DNA of 64,000 nt from Gallionella sp. (lineage in GTDB: Bacteria; Pseudomonadota; Gammaproteobacteria; Burkholderiales; Gallionellaceae): assembly GCA_030682375.1 (NCBI GenBank), contig JAUXOL010000016.1, positions 18,577-82,576 on the forward strand, written 5' to 3'. Under the pieces are notes generated by a model. It was given only the letters and a program-made list of their open reading frames with translations, had not been told where the DNA came from and made no database searches. Shown here in pieces: positions 52,884-64,000 of this stretch (positions are counted from its first letter, which is position 1; every line of letters begins with the position of its first letter). The translations under genes were made by a program, and so were the position numbers.

Positions 52884-53525
52884 CTATATCCCAAACAAAA
52901 CAGAAATCAATTTATAAACCAGCCTCACCAGCGGCAGCAGTATCCAGCCCAACACCGGCGTGACCGCCATGAAGATCAGGATGAACATGCCGTACGGCTC
53001 CACCTTCGACAGCTGGAACGCCTGCCGGTACGGCAGCAGGCTGACCGCGACGCGCCCGCCGTCCAGCGGCGGCAGCGGCAACAGATTCAGCACCATCAGC
53101 ACCGCGTTGATCTTGATGCCCCACTCGGCCATGCCCAGCATCGGCTCGGCGAAATAATTGTCGGGGAACGTCCATGCGAGCTTGTAGACCAGCGCCCAGC
53201 CCAGCGCCATCACCAGGTTCGATGCCGGACCGGCGAGTGCCACCCACAGCATGTCCTGCTTGGGTCGCCGCAGCGCGGCGAAATTCACCGGCACCGGCTT
53301 GGCCCAGCCGAACAGGATGCCGCCGACCAGCATCGTCAGCAACGGCACCAGCACCGTGCCTATCGGGTCGATATGGCGTATCGGGTTCAGGCTGATGCGC
53401 CCCTGCTGGTAAGCCGTCATGTCGCCGAAGTGGCGTGCCACATAGCCGTGCGCCGCCTCGTGCAACGTGATCGCGAACAGCACCGGGATCGCCGCGAGGC
53501 TGATGGTCTGGATCAGTTCGTCCAT
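52884..53525 (-). CDS. Site-2 protease family (M50) metalloprotease
   Basis: HEAAH and NLLPLPPLDG. Confidence 0.93.
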   Translation of the reverse strand: MDELIQTISLAAIPVLFAITLHEAAHGYVARHFGDMTAYQQGRISLNPIRHIDPIGTVLVPLLTMLVGGILFGWAKPVPVNFAALRRPKQDMLWVALAGPASNLVMALGWALVYKLAWTFPDNYFAEPMLGMAEWGIKINAVLMVLNLLPLPPLDGGRVAVSLLPYRQAFQLSKVEPYGMFILIFMAVTPVLGWILLPLVRLVYKLISVLFGI

Positions 53526-53529
53526 CGCC

Positions 53530-54159
53530 TTATTCCACGATGCCGAACGGGACGATGTCGCCGCGGCCGCGTCGCAGCAGCACCGGCGCATCGCCGGTCA
53601 GATCTATCACTGTGGTCGGGTCCAGCCCCACCGCGCCGCCCTCGACGACCAGCTCGACGCTGCGCTCCACATACTCGCGTATCTCGTCCACATCGGTCAG
53701 CGGATGATGCGCGTCCGGCAGGATCAGCGTCGTGCTCACCAGCGGCTCGCCCAGTTCCTCCAGCAGCGCCAGCGCCACCGGATGATCGGGAACGCGGATG
53801 CCTATCGTGCTGCGCTTGGGGTGCTGCAAGCGGCGCGGCACTTCCTTGGTCGCATCCAGGATGAAGGTATAGCTGCCCGGCGTATTGTTCTTCAGCAGGC
53901 GGAACTTGACGTTGTCCACCCGCGCATAGCGCGATATCTCCGACAAGTCGCGGCATACCAGCGTCATGTGGTGATGATCGTCGAGCTGGCGTATCTGGCG
54001 GATGCGCGCCACCGCGTCCTTGTCGTCGAGATGGCAACCCAGCGCATAGCCGGAATCGGTCGGATAGACGATCACCGCGCCGTCGCGCAGCATCTCCGCT
54101 GCCTGACGGATCAGGCGCATGTTGGGGTTGTCCGGATGGATCACGAAATGTTGCGACAT
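53530..54159 (-). CDS. yciO: Sua5/YciO/YrdC family protein
   Basis: YPTDSGYALGC, PGSYTFIL, TIGIRVPDHP. Confidence 0.85.
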   Translation of the reverse strand: MSQHFVIHPDNPNMRLIRQAAEMLRDGAVIVYPTDSGYALGCHLDDKDAVARIRQIRQLDDHHHMTLVCRDLSEISRYARVDNVKFRLLKNNTPGSYTFILDATKEVPRRLQHPKRSTIGIRVPDHPVALALLEELGEPLVSTTLILPDAHHPLTDVDEIREYVERSVELVVEGGAVGLDPTTVIDLTGDAPVLLRRGRGDIVPFGIVE

Positions 54160-55040
54160 CAAGCCACCTTCTGTATCGGGGACGACAGCGTCGTCGCCCA
54201 GTTATCCCACACCGGACGGCAGCTCATCGGCAGGTCCGGCAAACGTCCCATGTCTCGATAGCTCTCGTTCGGGCTATGAAAGTCGGAACCGCAGGAACAC
54301 AGCAACCCGAACTCCTCCGCATAGCGCGCAAACTCGGCGTATTGCTCCTGCGTGTGACTGCCGGTCACCACCTCCAGCGCCTGCCCGCCGCACTCGACGA
54401 ACTCGACCAGCAGCTCGTGCATGGTCTTCTTGCCCATGCTATGGCGCCCGACCATGTAGCGACCCGGATGCGCCAGCACCGCAACGCCGCCGCTGCCGCG
54501 TATCCAGCTGATCGCATCCGGCAGGCTGGCCCATTCGTGCGGCACATAGCCGGGCTTGCCCTTCGCCAGATAGCGGTTGAACACGCTCTTCACGTCCTTG
54601 CAGTGCCCGGCCTCGACCAGATAGCGCGCGAAATGCGTGCGCCCGATGATGTTGGGATTGGCCGCATAGCGATATGCGCCCTGCAACGTGCCGCCGATAC
54701 CGGCCTTGGCCAGCTCGTCGGCCATCTGCTGCGCGCGTGCGCCGCGTCCGCTGCGCACGGCCTGCAGCCCCGCCACCAGCGGCGGATAGCGCGGATCGAT
54801 GGCCAGGCCGACGACATGCAGCGTGTGCGTGCGCCAGGTCACCGAGATCTCCACGCCGTTGACGAAGCCCATGCCGTGCCGCGCCGCTGCGGCGCGCGCC
54901 TCCTCCAGACCGTCCACATCGTCGTGATCGGTCAGCGCCAGCACCTTCACGCCGCGCCCGGCCGCGCGCTCGACCAGTTCGGTCGGCGTCAGCGTGCCGT
55001 CGGATACGTTGGAATGGCAATGCAGGTCATAGTCGAGCAT
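54159..55040 (-). CDS. PHP-domain phosphoesterase (TrpH/YciV-like)
   Basis: DLHCHSNVSDG, LTDHD, GSDFH. Confidence 0.92.
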   Translation of the reverse strand: MLDYDLHCHSNVSDGTLTPTELVERAAGRGVKVLALTDHDDVDGLEEARAAAARHGMGFVNGVEISVTWRTHTLHVVGLAIDPRYPPLVAGLQAVRSGRGARAQQMADELAKAGIGGTLQGAYRYAANPNIIGRTHFARYLVEAGHCKDVKSVFNRYLAKGKPGYVPHEWASLPDAISWIRGSGGVAVLAHPGRYMVGRHSMGKKTMHELLVEFVECGGQALEVVTGSHTQEQYAEFARYAEEFGLLCSCGSDFHSPNESYRDMGRLPDLPMSCRPVWDNWATTLSSPIQKVA

Positions 55041-55351
55041 CAGATGTCGCCGCCGCCTTTTTTCATGACCTTGCCCTCTTCGGCACGCTTGCGGCGCACC
55101 TCCTTGGGGTCGGCGATCAACGGACGATAGATTTCGATGCGGTCCTTGTCACGCAGCACCGCATCGGCCTTGGTCAGCTTGCCGAAGATGCCCAGCTTGC
55201 TGGCCGCCAGATCGATCTCGGGGTGTTTCTGCAGGATGCCGCTGCCCTGGATCGCATCGGCCACGGTCGTGCCGACGGGAACGCTCTTCCGCAGCAAGGC
55301 CTGCTCGTGCGGCAATGCGTACACCACTTCGATGTTGATGGTCTCGTTCAT
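55040..55351 (-). CDS. rnfH: RnfH/RatB family protein
   Basis: DRIEIYRPLIADPKEVRR. Confidence 0.9.
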   Translation of the reverse strand: MNETINIEVVYALPHEQALLRKSVPVGTTVADAIQGSGILQKHPEIDLAASKLGIFGKLTKADAVLRDKDRIEIYRPLIADPKEVRRKRAEEGKVMKKGGGDI

Positions 55352-55785
55352 ATCTCTGGATAAATCTTTTCCGCACGGTGGATGAAAGCATCCACGAAAC
55401 TGTTTGCGATGTAATGGAACACCGGCCCAACCAGCTTCTCCAGCAACTTGCTGGAGAACTCGTAATGCAGGCGGAATTCTATTTTACAGGCCGAATCGCT
55501 CAGCGGGATGAAATGCCAGCTGCCGTCGAGCTGCTGGAACGGCCCGTCCTTCAGCGTCATGTCTATCCGGTGCGGCGGCGTGCGCCTGTTCTCGGTGGTG
55601 AAATGCTGCTTGATATGGTGATAGTCGATATGCACCGTGGCATGCACCAACTCCCCGTCCAGCTCGGAGACGCTCGCGCCGCCGCACCAGGGCAGAAACT
55701 GCGGGTATTCCTCCACGCGATCCACCAGGTTGAACATCTGTTCCGCGCTGTGCGAAACCAGTACCGTTTTCTCCACCAGTGCCAT
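55348..55785 (-). CDS. ratA: RatA/PasT (SRPBCC) protein
   Basis: MFNLVDRVEEYPQFLPWC, GPFQQLDGSW; divergent from smpB. Confidence 0.92.
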   Translation of the reverse strand: MALVEKTVLVSHSAEQMFNLVDRVEEYPQFLPWCGGASVSELDGELVHATVHIDYHHIKQHFTTENRRTPPHRIDMTLKDGPFQQLDGSWHFIPLSDSACKIEFRLHYEFSSKLLEKLVGPVFHYIANSFVDAFIHRAEKIYPEI

Positions 55786-55855
55786 TGCTTACCGAAGCTG
55801 CCTAATCAAAGGCTGGTAGAATAGCCGAACACACCGCAAAACTCACCTAATTCAT

Positions 55856-55979
55856 ATTCCAATTCGATTTCGAAGGTCAGACAAGGCGATGACGAGCGAA
55901 CGAGGCGGGCAGTGCTGATGCACGACTAGGAGTGAGCGAGGAAATCAACGCCGTATCACCGAAGAAATTGGATTGGAAT
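55856..55979 (+). repeat. ERIC-like MITE in the smpB 5' region
   Basis: 124 bp; imperfect terminal IRs ATTCCAATTCGATTTC / GAAATTGGATTGGAAT; internal CAAGGCG, GTGAGCGA and CAACGCCG at ERIC-like positions. Confidence 0.65.
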
Positions 55980-55980
55980 C

Positions 55981-56430
55981 ATGAGTATCGTCCAGAACAA
56001 AAAGGCCTTCCACGACTTCTTCATCGAAGATAAATACGAGGCCGGCCTCATGCTCCAAGGCTGGGAGATCAAGGCCATCCGCGCCGGGCGCGTGCAACTC
56101 AAGGAAGCCTACGTCGTCGTCAAGGACGGCGAACTCTGGCTGATCGGCTCGCACATCAGCCCGCTGACCAGCGCCTCCACCCACATCCTCCCCGACCCCA
56201 CCCGCACCCGCAAACTGCTGCTGCACGCCAGCGAGATCGACAAGATCATCGGCAAGGTCCAGCGCGCCGGCTACACGCTGATGCCGCTGGACATGCACTA
56301 CAAGGGCGGCCGCGCAAAACTCGAGATCGGCCTCGCCAAGGGCAAGAAGCAGCATGACAAGCGCGCAACGGAAAAGGAAAAGGACGCGAAACGCGAGGCT
56401 GCTGCGGCGATGAAGAAGGAACGCCGGTAG
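55981..56430 (+). CDS. smpB: SsrA-binding protein
   Basis: [29 protein letters not shown]. Confidence 0.98.
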   Translation: MSIVQNKKAFHDFFIEDKYEAGLMLQGWEIKAIRAGRVQLKEAYVVVKDGELWLIGSHISPLTSASTHILPDPTRTRKLLLHASEIDKIIGKVQRAGYTLMPLDMHYKGGRAKLEIGLAKGKKQHDKRATEKEKDAKREAAAAMKKERR

Positions 56431-56469
56431 GCAAGACTCGCTCTCTTACGGCGTAGGCTATTGGCTCCG

Positions 56470-56605
56470 ACATAACCTGAAGGTTAGTCTCCGCCGCAAC
56501 AAGCCTGCGGCGTGTTGTTTGCGCTTGCGCAGATTAAGCCCGCAAAGCGGGCGGCCGTAGCCACAAGCGCCCATGCGTACCGAAGCCCCAGTGACTGTGT
56601 TATGT
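56470..56605 (+). mobile_element. Degenerate integron attC-like site
   Basis: ACATAAC...GTTATGT perfect outer IR 136 bp apart, internal hairpins, followed by a low-GC ORF; L boxes not recognisable. Confidence 0.35.
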
Positions 56606-56714
56606 TTTGCTCCACCGAAACAATCAATGGGATGCAAACCATGAAACAGCTTATGCGACAGTTCATTCCTGAATATCTGGCGTTTTTGCCACCTACTTTA
56701 CGGTAGAGGTGCAC

Positions 56715-57110
56715 ATGCGAATAGCTCTCACAATTTTGCTCATAGCGCTTGGTTCGTTCAGTCAGCAGGTTGCCGCCGAGAACGAGGTCGACTGTCAAGA
56801 AAATCAACTAAGTGCCAATATGTGCGCCTCATTTTCGGCAGCAAAGGCTGACGAGCTACTAAACGAACGTTATCAGCAGCTTTACGAACAGCTCACGAAG
56901 AGCAGCAACAAAAAACGCTTACTTGCCGCACAGAGAGCGTGGTTGAAGTTTCGTGATGCCAACTGCTTATATGAAGCACAAGGCTCGAGTGAAGAGGGGG
57001 GCTCGAAATTTCCTATGGAATACGACCAATGCGTAGAGCGCTTAACAATGCAGCGGGCTGCCAAAATTGAAGAGTTTCTTGAATGCACCGTTAATGGCTG
57101 CCCTGAATGA
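56715..57110 (+). CDS. LprI/DUF1311-like secreted protein
   Basis: Signal peptide; C...ADELLNERYQQL, AQRAWLKFRDANC; about 49% GC in lines counted. Confidence 0.8.
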   Translation: MRIALTILLIALGSFSQQVAAENEVDCQENQLSANMCASFSAAKADELLNERYQQLYEQLTKSSNKKRLLAAQRAWLKFRDANCLYEAQGSSEEGGSKFPMEYDQCVERLTMQRAAKIEEFLECTVNGCPE

Positions 57111-57121
57111 CTTCTAAGCTC

Positions 57122-57152
57122 GTAGGCTGCAATAAGCCCAGCGCATTGCACC
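57122..57152. repeat. Single GTAG REP, family 3
   Basis: GTAGGCTGCAAT...ATTGCACC hairpin. Confidence 0.55.
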
Positions 57153-57228
57153 GAATGCTGGCAACTCATATGGACTCTTTTTTCGGAGTAAACTCCCGCC
57201 AGTTGCTCGACTCATACAGGAGACGCCA

Positions 57229-57438
57229 ATGAACTTCACCATCGAACACGAACAGGAAGCCGATGGCCGATGGCTGGCCGAGGTGATGGAGTTGCCGGGC
57301 GTGATGGCCTACGGCGCATCCGCCGCCGATGCCGTTTCCAAGGTCGAAATTCTTGCGCTGCGCGTGATTGCAGAGCGTCTTGAGAACAACGAGAGCAAAC
57401 CGCTCTCGATCAATATCTCCATCCCCATTGCAGCATGA
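57229..57438 (+). CDS. hicB: Short HicB-family antitoxin
   Basis: EADGRWLAEVMELPGVMAYG; RNase H-like part only, 69 aa. Confidence 0.85.
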   Translation: MNFTIEHEQEADGRWLAEVMELPGVMAYGASAADAVSKVEILALRVIAERLENNESKPLSINISIPIAA

Positions 57439-57647
57439 GCGTATGGCCTTCGGTCAAGGCGAAGCGCCTGCTGGCGGCGCTACGCCGACTCGGCTGGCAG
57501 GTAAAACGCCAGAGCGGTTCGCATAAAACACTTTCCCGCGACGACTGGCCGGATTACGTTTTCGCCTTCCACGATGGCGACGAGGTCGGGCCGAAGATGC
57601 TGGCGCGCATCGCCAAGCATACGGGGCTCGCCCCGGACGATTTGTAA
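57435..57647 (+). CDS. hicA: HicA-family mRNA interferase toxin
   Basis: [27 protein letters not shown]. Confidence 0.88.
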   Translation: MSVWPSVKAKRLLAALRRLGWQVKRQSGSHKTLSRDDWPDYVFAFHDGDEVGPKMLARIAKHTGLAPDDL

Positions 57648-58225
57648 TGCGCCGCCTCGCGCTGTTCATCCTGCCGCTGTTCTTCTCGCTCATCCCCACC
57701 GCCCAAGGAGCCCCCATGCCCACACCCACCCAAACCGCATACCTCTCCGGCGGCTGTTTCTGGGGGATGGAGGAACTGGTGCGCCAGATTCCCGGCGTGC
57801 TGGAGACCGAGGTCGGCTATACCGGCGGCGAGACGCCGAACGCGACCTATGAGGTCGTGAAGAACGGGCATACCGGCCACGCCGAATCGCTGAAAATCGT
57901 GTTCGACCCGAACAGGCTGACCTATCGCCACCTGCTGTTCGAGTTCTTCCGCATGCACAACCCGACCACGAAGAACCGCCAGGGCAACGACTTCGGCACG
58001 CAATACCGTTCGGCGATTTTCTATGTGAGCGAGGAACAGAAACGCACCGCCGAGGAAGTCATCCGCACCGTGGAGTCGTCGGGCGAATGGCAGGCAAAGA
58101 TCGTCACCGAGGTCGTGCCGTTCAAGGCGTTTTACCGCGCCGAGGAATATCACCAGGACTATCTGGTCAAGCATCCGCAGGGCTATACCTGCCATTACAT
58201 CCGGCGGATGAACCTCGGTGAATAG
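57647..58225 (+). CDS. msrA: Peptide-methionine (S)-S-oxide reductase with signal peptide
   Basis: [26 protein letters not shown]; N-terminal [13 protein letters not shown]...AQGA. Confidence 0.93.
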   Translation: MRRLALFILPLFFSLIPTAQGAPMPTPTQTAYLSGGCFWGMEELVRQIPGVLETEVGYTGGETPNATYEVVKNGHTGHAESLKIVFDPNRLTYRHLLFEFFRMHNPTTKNRQGNDFGTQYRSAIFYVSEEQKRTAEEVIRTVESSGEWQAKIVTEVVPFKAFYRAEEYHQDYLVKHPQGYTCHYIRRMNLGE

Positions 58226-58265
58226 TGCTCAGACCCGAGCCTGAATAACGCCGCTTCCACTCCAT

Positions 58266-58432
58266 TCATGGTTCGATACACCTTGCTACGCAAGGCACTC
58301 ACCACGAACGGAGTGGAGAGCATTCGAATAAATGGCCCGTTCGCCCTGATAACCAGCGACTTGCCAGCTTGCTGGCTTAGTCGAATGGCTAGTAGCTTTA
58401 TCAGGAGCCCGCATCGCGGGCGTATCGAAGGG
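58266..58432 (-). repeat. Second copy of the two-arm repeat with a nested 54-nt hairpin
   Basis: TCATGGTTCG...GAACGG / CCGTTCGCCCTGA[insert]...TCGAAGGG; inverted relative to 7769-7928. Confidence 0.8.
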
Positions 58433-58447
58433 GCCGCCCCGTAAGGA

Positions 58448-58939
58448 TTAACGAGATAAGTGCCTTTCCCGGATATGCTGCAGCAACCCTTCCGCCGCAT
58501 CTTCCACCATGTCCAGCACACGCTCGAAGCCGTCCGCACCGCCGTAATAAGGATCGGGTACTTCGCGCTCCTGGTGGTGGCGGGCGTATTCGAGGAACAG
58601 GTGCGGATTGCCGTGGCCCTGCTTCGCGAGGCTTTGCAGGATAGCCAGGTTGGCATGGTCCATCGCCAGCACGTAGTCGAATCGGTCGAAGTCCGCCGCC
58701 TCCACCTGCCGCCCGCGCAACGCGCTCATGTCGTAGCCGCGCTGCTCTGCAGCGCGCTGGGTGCGCAGGTCAGGCGGCGCGCCGATGTGGTAGTCGTGCG
58801 TGCCGGCCGAGTCGATCCGGATACGGCCAGACAGGCCCGCGCTCTCGACATAATGGCGGAACACCGCCTCGGCAGTGGGCGATCTGCAGATGTTGCCCAT
58901 GCAGACGAAAATCACCGAAACCATCTTGTCTTTACCCAT
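58448..58939 (-). CDS. Low-molecular-weight protein-tyrosine phosphatase
   Basis: FVCMGNICRSPTAE, VPDPYYG. Confidence 0.95.
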   Translation of the reverse strand: MGKDKMVSVIFVCMGNICRSPTAEAVFRHYVESAGLSGRIRIDSAGTHDYHIGAPPDLRTQRAAEQRGYDMSALRGRQVEAADFDRFDYVLAMDHANLAILQSLAKQGHGNPHLFLEYARHHQEREVPDPYYGGADGFERVLDMVEDAAEGLLQHIRERHLSR

Positions 58940-58962
58940 ATTCGTATCGTTCAAATGCCCAT

Positions 58963-59682
58963 TCAGAAAGGAAGAAAAAGCGCCGACGCCATCGTCTGCA
59001 CCGCCTGAACCAGCTTGCGACTCGACTTCTCCGCCAGCGTCGCGGCCATCAGGTCCAGGCGGCCCACGATCTTGCCGAACTCGCGCTCGAAGCTCAGGTT
59101 GCGGTCCGTCTCGCTGATCTCGTTGGTCAGCAACAGCAGTTGCCCCTGCTCGTCCCTTGCGTTGGAAAGCTTCCACACGGCGATCTCGACGTTGCGGGCC
59201 ACATTGTAAAGGGACTGGGGATCGATGGAATCGGTCAGGTAGAACTCCGACTTCCCGCCGTGCGCCTTGATCAGCATGGTCTGCAGGCCGACGATCAGAG
59301 ATAGCACGCGATCCCCGGCATAGTCCGGGCGGAAAGACTGGTGGATCGCCGCGATCTCCTGCTCGCCATTCAGCTCGGCCATGCGCCAGTCCGTGCGCCC
59401 GTCGAATATCGCGCTCACCCGCTCTTCGGCGCTGGCCGCATCGCTCTTTTTCCATTCACGCGGGTTGCGCTTGTAGAGCTTAAGCATCAGGCGGCGCAAG
59501 CTGGCGGTGTTCTCGTTCATCTCGATATCGGCCAGCCTGTCCATGTCGGTCTTGGCCAACTGGCCTAGCATCCCGGTATCCGCATTCTGCGGAACGACCT
59601 TGCCGTCGATGGGCGGAGCCGTCGTCGTACACGCGACCAGACCCGACAACAGGAGCGCCAACCCCAGACGGACTATCCGCAT
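58963..59682 (-). CDS. Conserved hypothetical lipoprotein
   Basis: Lipobox LVAC; LYKRNPREWKK, NLSFEREFGK. Confidence 0.75.
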   Translation of the reverse strand: MRIVRLGLALLLSGLVACTTTAPPIDGKVVPQNADTGMLGQLAKTDMDRLADIEMNENTASLRRLMLKLYKRNPREWKKSDAASAEERVSAIFDGRTDWRMAELNGEQEIAAIHQSFRPDYAGDRVLSLIVGLQTMLIKAHGGKSEFYLTDSIDPQSLYNVARNVEIAVWKLSNARDEQGQLLLLTNEISETDRNLSFEREFGKIVGRLDLMAATLAEKSSRKLVQAVQTMASALFLPF

Positions 59683-59717
59683 GCCGCACCGCCTTTCATT
59701 GCAAGCATCCATCCCTA

Positions 59718-61742
<2,025 letters not shown>

Positions 61743-61884
61743 GATGAACCGCGCATTGTACGGGGAAAGGCATGATTGCCAAACTGCGAGACGGGAGGTG
61801 CTTTTGCATGATGTCTGTCCTGAAAGCCCGCGCGGCGTATAATGCCGCCAACCCCATGATTGCTATCCGATAAGAGACACTACA

Positions 61885-63234
61885 TTGAGCACCGTCAGTT
61901 TTGCCGATCTGAAACTCGCGCCCGAGATCCTCAAGGCGCTCACCGAGTCCGGTTACACCACGCCCACCCCCATTCAGGAACAGGCCATTCCGCTGGTGCT
62001 GGAGGGACACGACCTGATGGCCGGCGCGCAGACGGGCACCGGCAAGACCGCGGCGTTCGCCTTGCCTATGCTGCAGAAGCTGTTGCCGCATGCCAGTTCC
62101 AGCACCTCGCCGGCGCGCCATCCGGTGCGCGCGCTGATCCTGGTGCCGACGCGCGAACTGGCGATCCAGGTGGAAGCGAGCGTCAAGGCTTACGCGAAAC
62201 ACTCCAAGCTGCGTTCGCTGGTGGTGTTCGGCGGCGTGGATATCAAGACCCAGACGCCGCACCTGAAGAACGGCGTGGAGATACTGGTGGCGACGCCGGG
62301 ACGATTGCTGGATCACATCGAGCAGAAGACCGTGCAACTGGGCACGGTGCAGATGCTGGTACTGGACGAGGCCGACCGCATGCTGGATATGGGCTTCATG
62401 CCCGCGCTGAAGCGCATCCTCGCGCTGCTGCCGCGCCAGCGCCAGAGCCTGATGTTCTCCGCGACATTCTCCGACGAGATCAAGAAGCTGTCGGAAGATT
62501 TCATGAATTACCCGACGCTGATCGAAGTGGCGCGCAGCAACGCCTCCGCCGAGAACATCGCACAGAAGGTCTATCTGGTCGGGCACGAAGACAAGCACGC
62601 CTTGCTGACGCAGTTGCTGCGCGGCGACGACGCCAAGCAGGTGATCGTGTTCACCAAGACCAAACTCACGGCCAGCCGCCTGTCCAAGCAGTTACAGCGC
62701 GAAGGCGTCGCCGCCGACGCGATCCACGGCGACAAGACCCAGTCCGAACGCATCCAGGCACTGGACGCATTCAAGCAGGGCAAAATCAGCGTGCTGATCG
62801 CCACCGACGTCGCCGCGCGCGGCCTGGACATCGACAGCCTGCCGATGGTGATCAACTACGAGATCCCGCATGCCGCGGAAGACTATGTGCACCGCATCGG
62901 CCGCACCGGTCGCGCCGGCGCCTCCGGCACCGCGATCTCGCTGGTATCGCCGGACGAGGAAAGATATTTGCAGGACATCGAGAAGCTGATCAACAAGGAG
63001 ATCAAGCGCGAGACGCTGCCTGCGCTGGCGAAACCGCCACGCCCACCGCGCGCCGAACAGCAGGAACACCACCGCGAATTCCACAAGCCGCAACCGCAAA
63101 AACCCAGCCATGACCAGTGGTTCGACAAGCCCTATGTGCCTAACATGGCTCATGCCATAGCAGCGAGCGAACCGGAAAAGCCGGAAAGCAAACCGAAGGC
63201 ACAGATACCGGCGCTGTTCCGCAAGCCGGGTTGA
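61885..63234 (+). CDS. rhlE: DEAD-box RNA helicase, RhlE-like
   Basis: AQTGTGKT, LDEADRMLDMGF, HRIGRTGRAG; TATAAT upstream. Confidence 0.88.
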   Translation: MSTVSFADLKLAPEILKALTESGYTTPTPIQEQAIPLVLEGHDLMAGAQTGTGKTAAFALPMLQKLLPHASSSTSPARHPVRALILVPTRELAIQVEASVKAYAKHSKLRSLVVFGGVDIKTQTPHLKNGVEILVATPGRLLDHIEQKTVQLGTVQMLVLDEADRMLDMGFMPALKRILALLPRQRQSLMFSATFSDEIKKLSEDFMNYPTLIEVARSNASAENIAQKVYLVGHEDKHALLTQLLRGDDAKQVIVFTKTKLTASRLSKQLQREGVAADAIHGDKTQSERIQALDAFKQGKISVLIATDVAARGLDIDSLPMVINYEIPHAAEDYVHRIGRTGRAGASGTAISLVSPDEERYLQDIEKLINKEIKRETLPALAKPPRPPRAEQQEHHREFHKPQPQKPSHDQWFDKPYVPNMAHAIAASEPEKPESKPKAQIPALFRKPG

Positions 63235-63256
63235 TGCAAAGCATCCACTGCATGCC

Positions 63257-63748
63257 ATGCGGTGGACGCGCTCCTCACCTGAAAGAGTCATCTTGAAAAC
63301 CATCCCTCAATACCTCGCGGCATTGGCTATCGTCGTTTGGGTCGGCGGTCTGTGGGCCATCGGCTATCTGGCCGTTCCCGTGCTGTTCCACGGCCAGCCG
63401 GACAAGCAACTCGCGGGGATGCTCGCCGGGCAGATGTTTGTCGCGCTGGGCTATGTCGGGATGATTAGCGGAACCTATCTGTTGCTGCTGCGCTTGGGCA
63501 TATCCGGCCAAGCAGCGTTGCGCGAGCCGCTGTTTTCGGCGATTGCGGCGATGCTCGTCATCTCCCTGTTCATTCAGTTCGGCATCCAGCCGCTGATGGC
63601 CGATTTGAAAATTCAGGCGTTGCCGCTGGATGTAATGCAAAGCGCTTTCGCGGAAAGGTTCCGGATGTGGCACGGGCTGTCCAGCATCCTCTATCTGACG
63701 GAAAGCCTGCTCGGTGCCTGGCTTGTCGCCAAGACCTTCCGCGCGTGA
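63257..63748 (+). CDS. DUF4149-like membrane protein (start uncertain)
   Basis: WVGGLWAIGYLAVPVLF, four TMs, F..WHGLSSILY. Confidence 0.75.
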   Translation: MRWTRSSPERVILKTIPQYLAALAIVVWVGGLWAIGYLAVPVLFHGQPDKQLAGMLAGQMFVALGYVGMISGTYLLLLRLGISGQAALREPLFSAIAAMLVISLFIQFGIQPLMADLKIQALPLDVMQSAFAERFRMWHGLSSILYLTESLLGAWLVAKTFRA

Positions 63749-63840
63749 TCTGCACGCGAAATTCCCTTCTGTTCGCCGATTCACTCTTTCCACGGCATCG
63801 GTATAATTCTCCCCAACCTCAAACCTGATCAGGAAAAATC

Positions 63841-64000
63841 GTGTCTCTCTCCACTCGCGTACAAGCCATCAAGCCCTCCCCCACCCTTGCCGTCGCCGCC
63901 CGCGCCGCGAAGCTGAAGGCCGAAGGCAAGGACATCATCGGGCTGGGCACCGGCGAGCCGGATGTCGATACGCCGCAGCACATCAAGGATGCCGCGATCG
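63841..64000 (+). CDS. aspC: Class I/II aminotransferase, aspartate aminotransferase-like (5' part only)
   Basis: GTG start; [40 protein letters not shown]. Confidence 0.85.
   Translation, partial: MSLSTRVQAIKPSPTLAVAARAAKLKAEGKDIIGLGTGEPDVDTPQHIKDAAI

Noticed and set aside
56512-56706. 64-aa ORF across the attC-like site
   Set aside because: Mostly translated repeat sequence with no recognisable motif; at most a remnant.
55786-57228. tmRNA (ssrA) next to smpB
   Set aside because: No GGGGCCG...CCACCA tRNA-like ends or tag ORF seen.
58195-58656. 153-aa minus-strand ORF over the msrA-phosphatase spacer
   Set aside because: Overlaps two real genes and translates the repeat element.

Overview
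This window is mostly core chromosome of a GC-rich betaproteobacterium; a Gallionellaceae/Nitrosomonadales-like placement is inference from gene content and order, not shown directly. Core content: pyrH-tsf-rpsB, a ybbP-ybbA-tesA ABC/esterase locus, rlmM, a complete ccmA-I cytochrome c maturation operon, rep, nlpD-pcm-surE, tRNA-Pro, thrS-infC-rpmI-rplT-pheST-ihfA, tRNA-Val, dnaB, rpsF-priB-rpsR-rplI, scpAB-trpS, ratAB, smpB, uvrB, rhlE and a partial aspC. Lower-GC accessory genes are scattered through it: an orphan ORF inside the ybb operon, a PAS+4HB chemoreceptor, a sensor-less histidine kinase beside a PAS-type LuxR regulator, an LprI-like gene behind a degenerate attC-like site, and hicBA. 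The most unusual signal is a dense set of small palindromic DNA elements. These include an apparently intact REP-associated tyrosine transposase (RAYT) with its own REPs inside its reading frame, other GTAG-REP families, two ERIC-like elements (one ending 1 nt before the smpB ATG), and repeats inserted in frame in ybbP and tesA. A 54-60 nt hairpin also appears to have inserted twice, independently, at the same CTGA^G site of a host repeat family. Two genes of unknown function have near-consensus sigma28 promoters. No CRISPR array, prophage or rRNA is visible. All family assignments come from motif recognition, not database searches.
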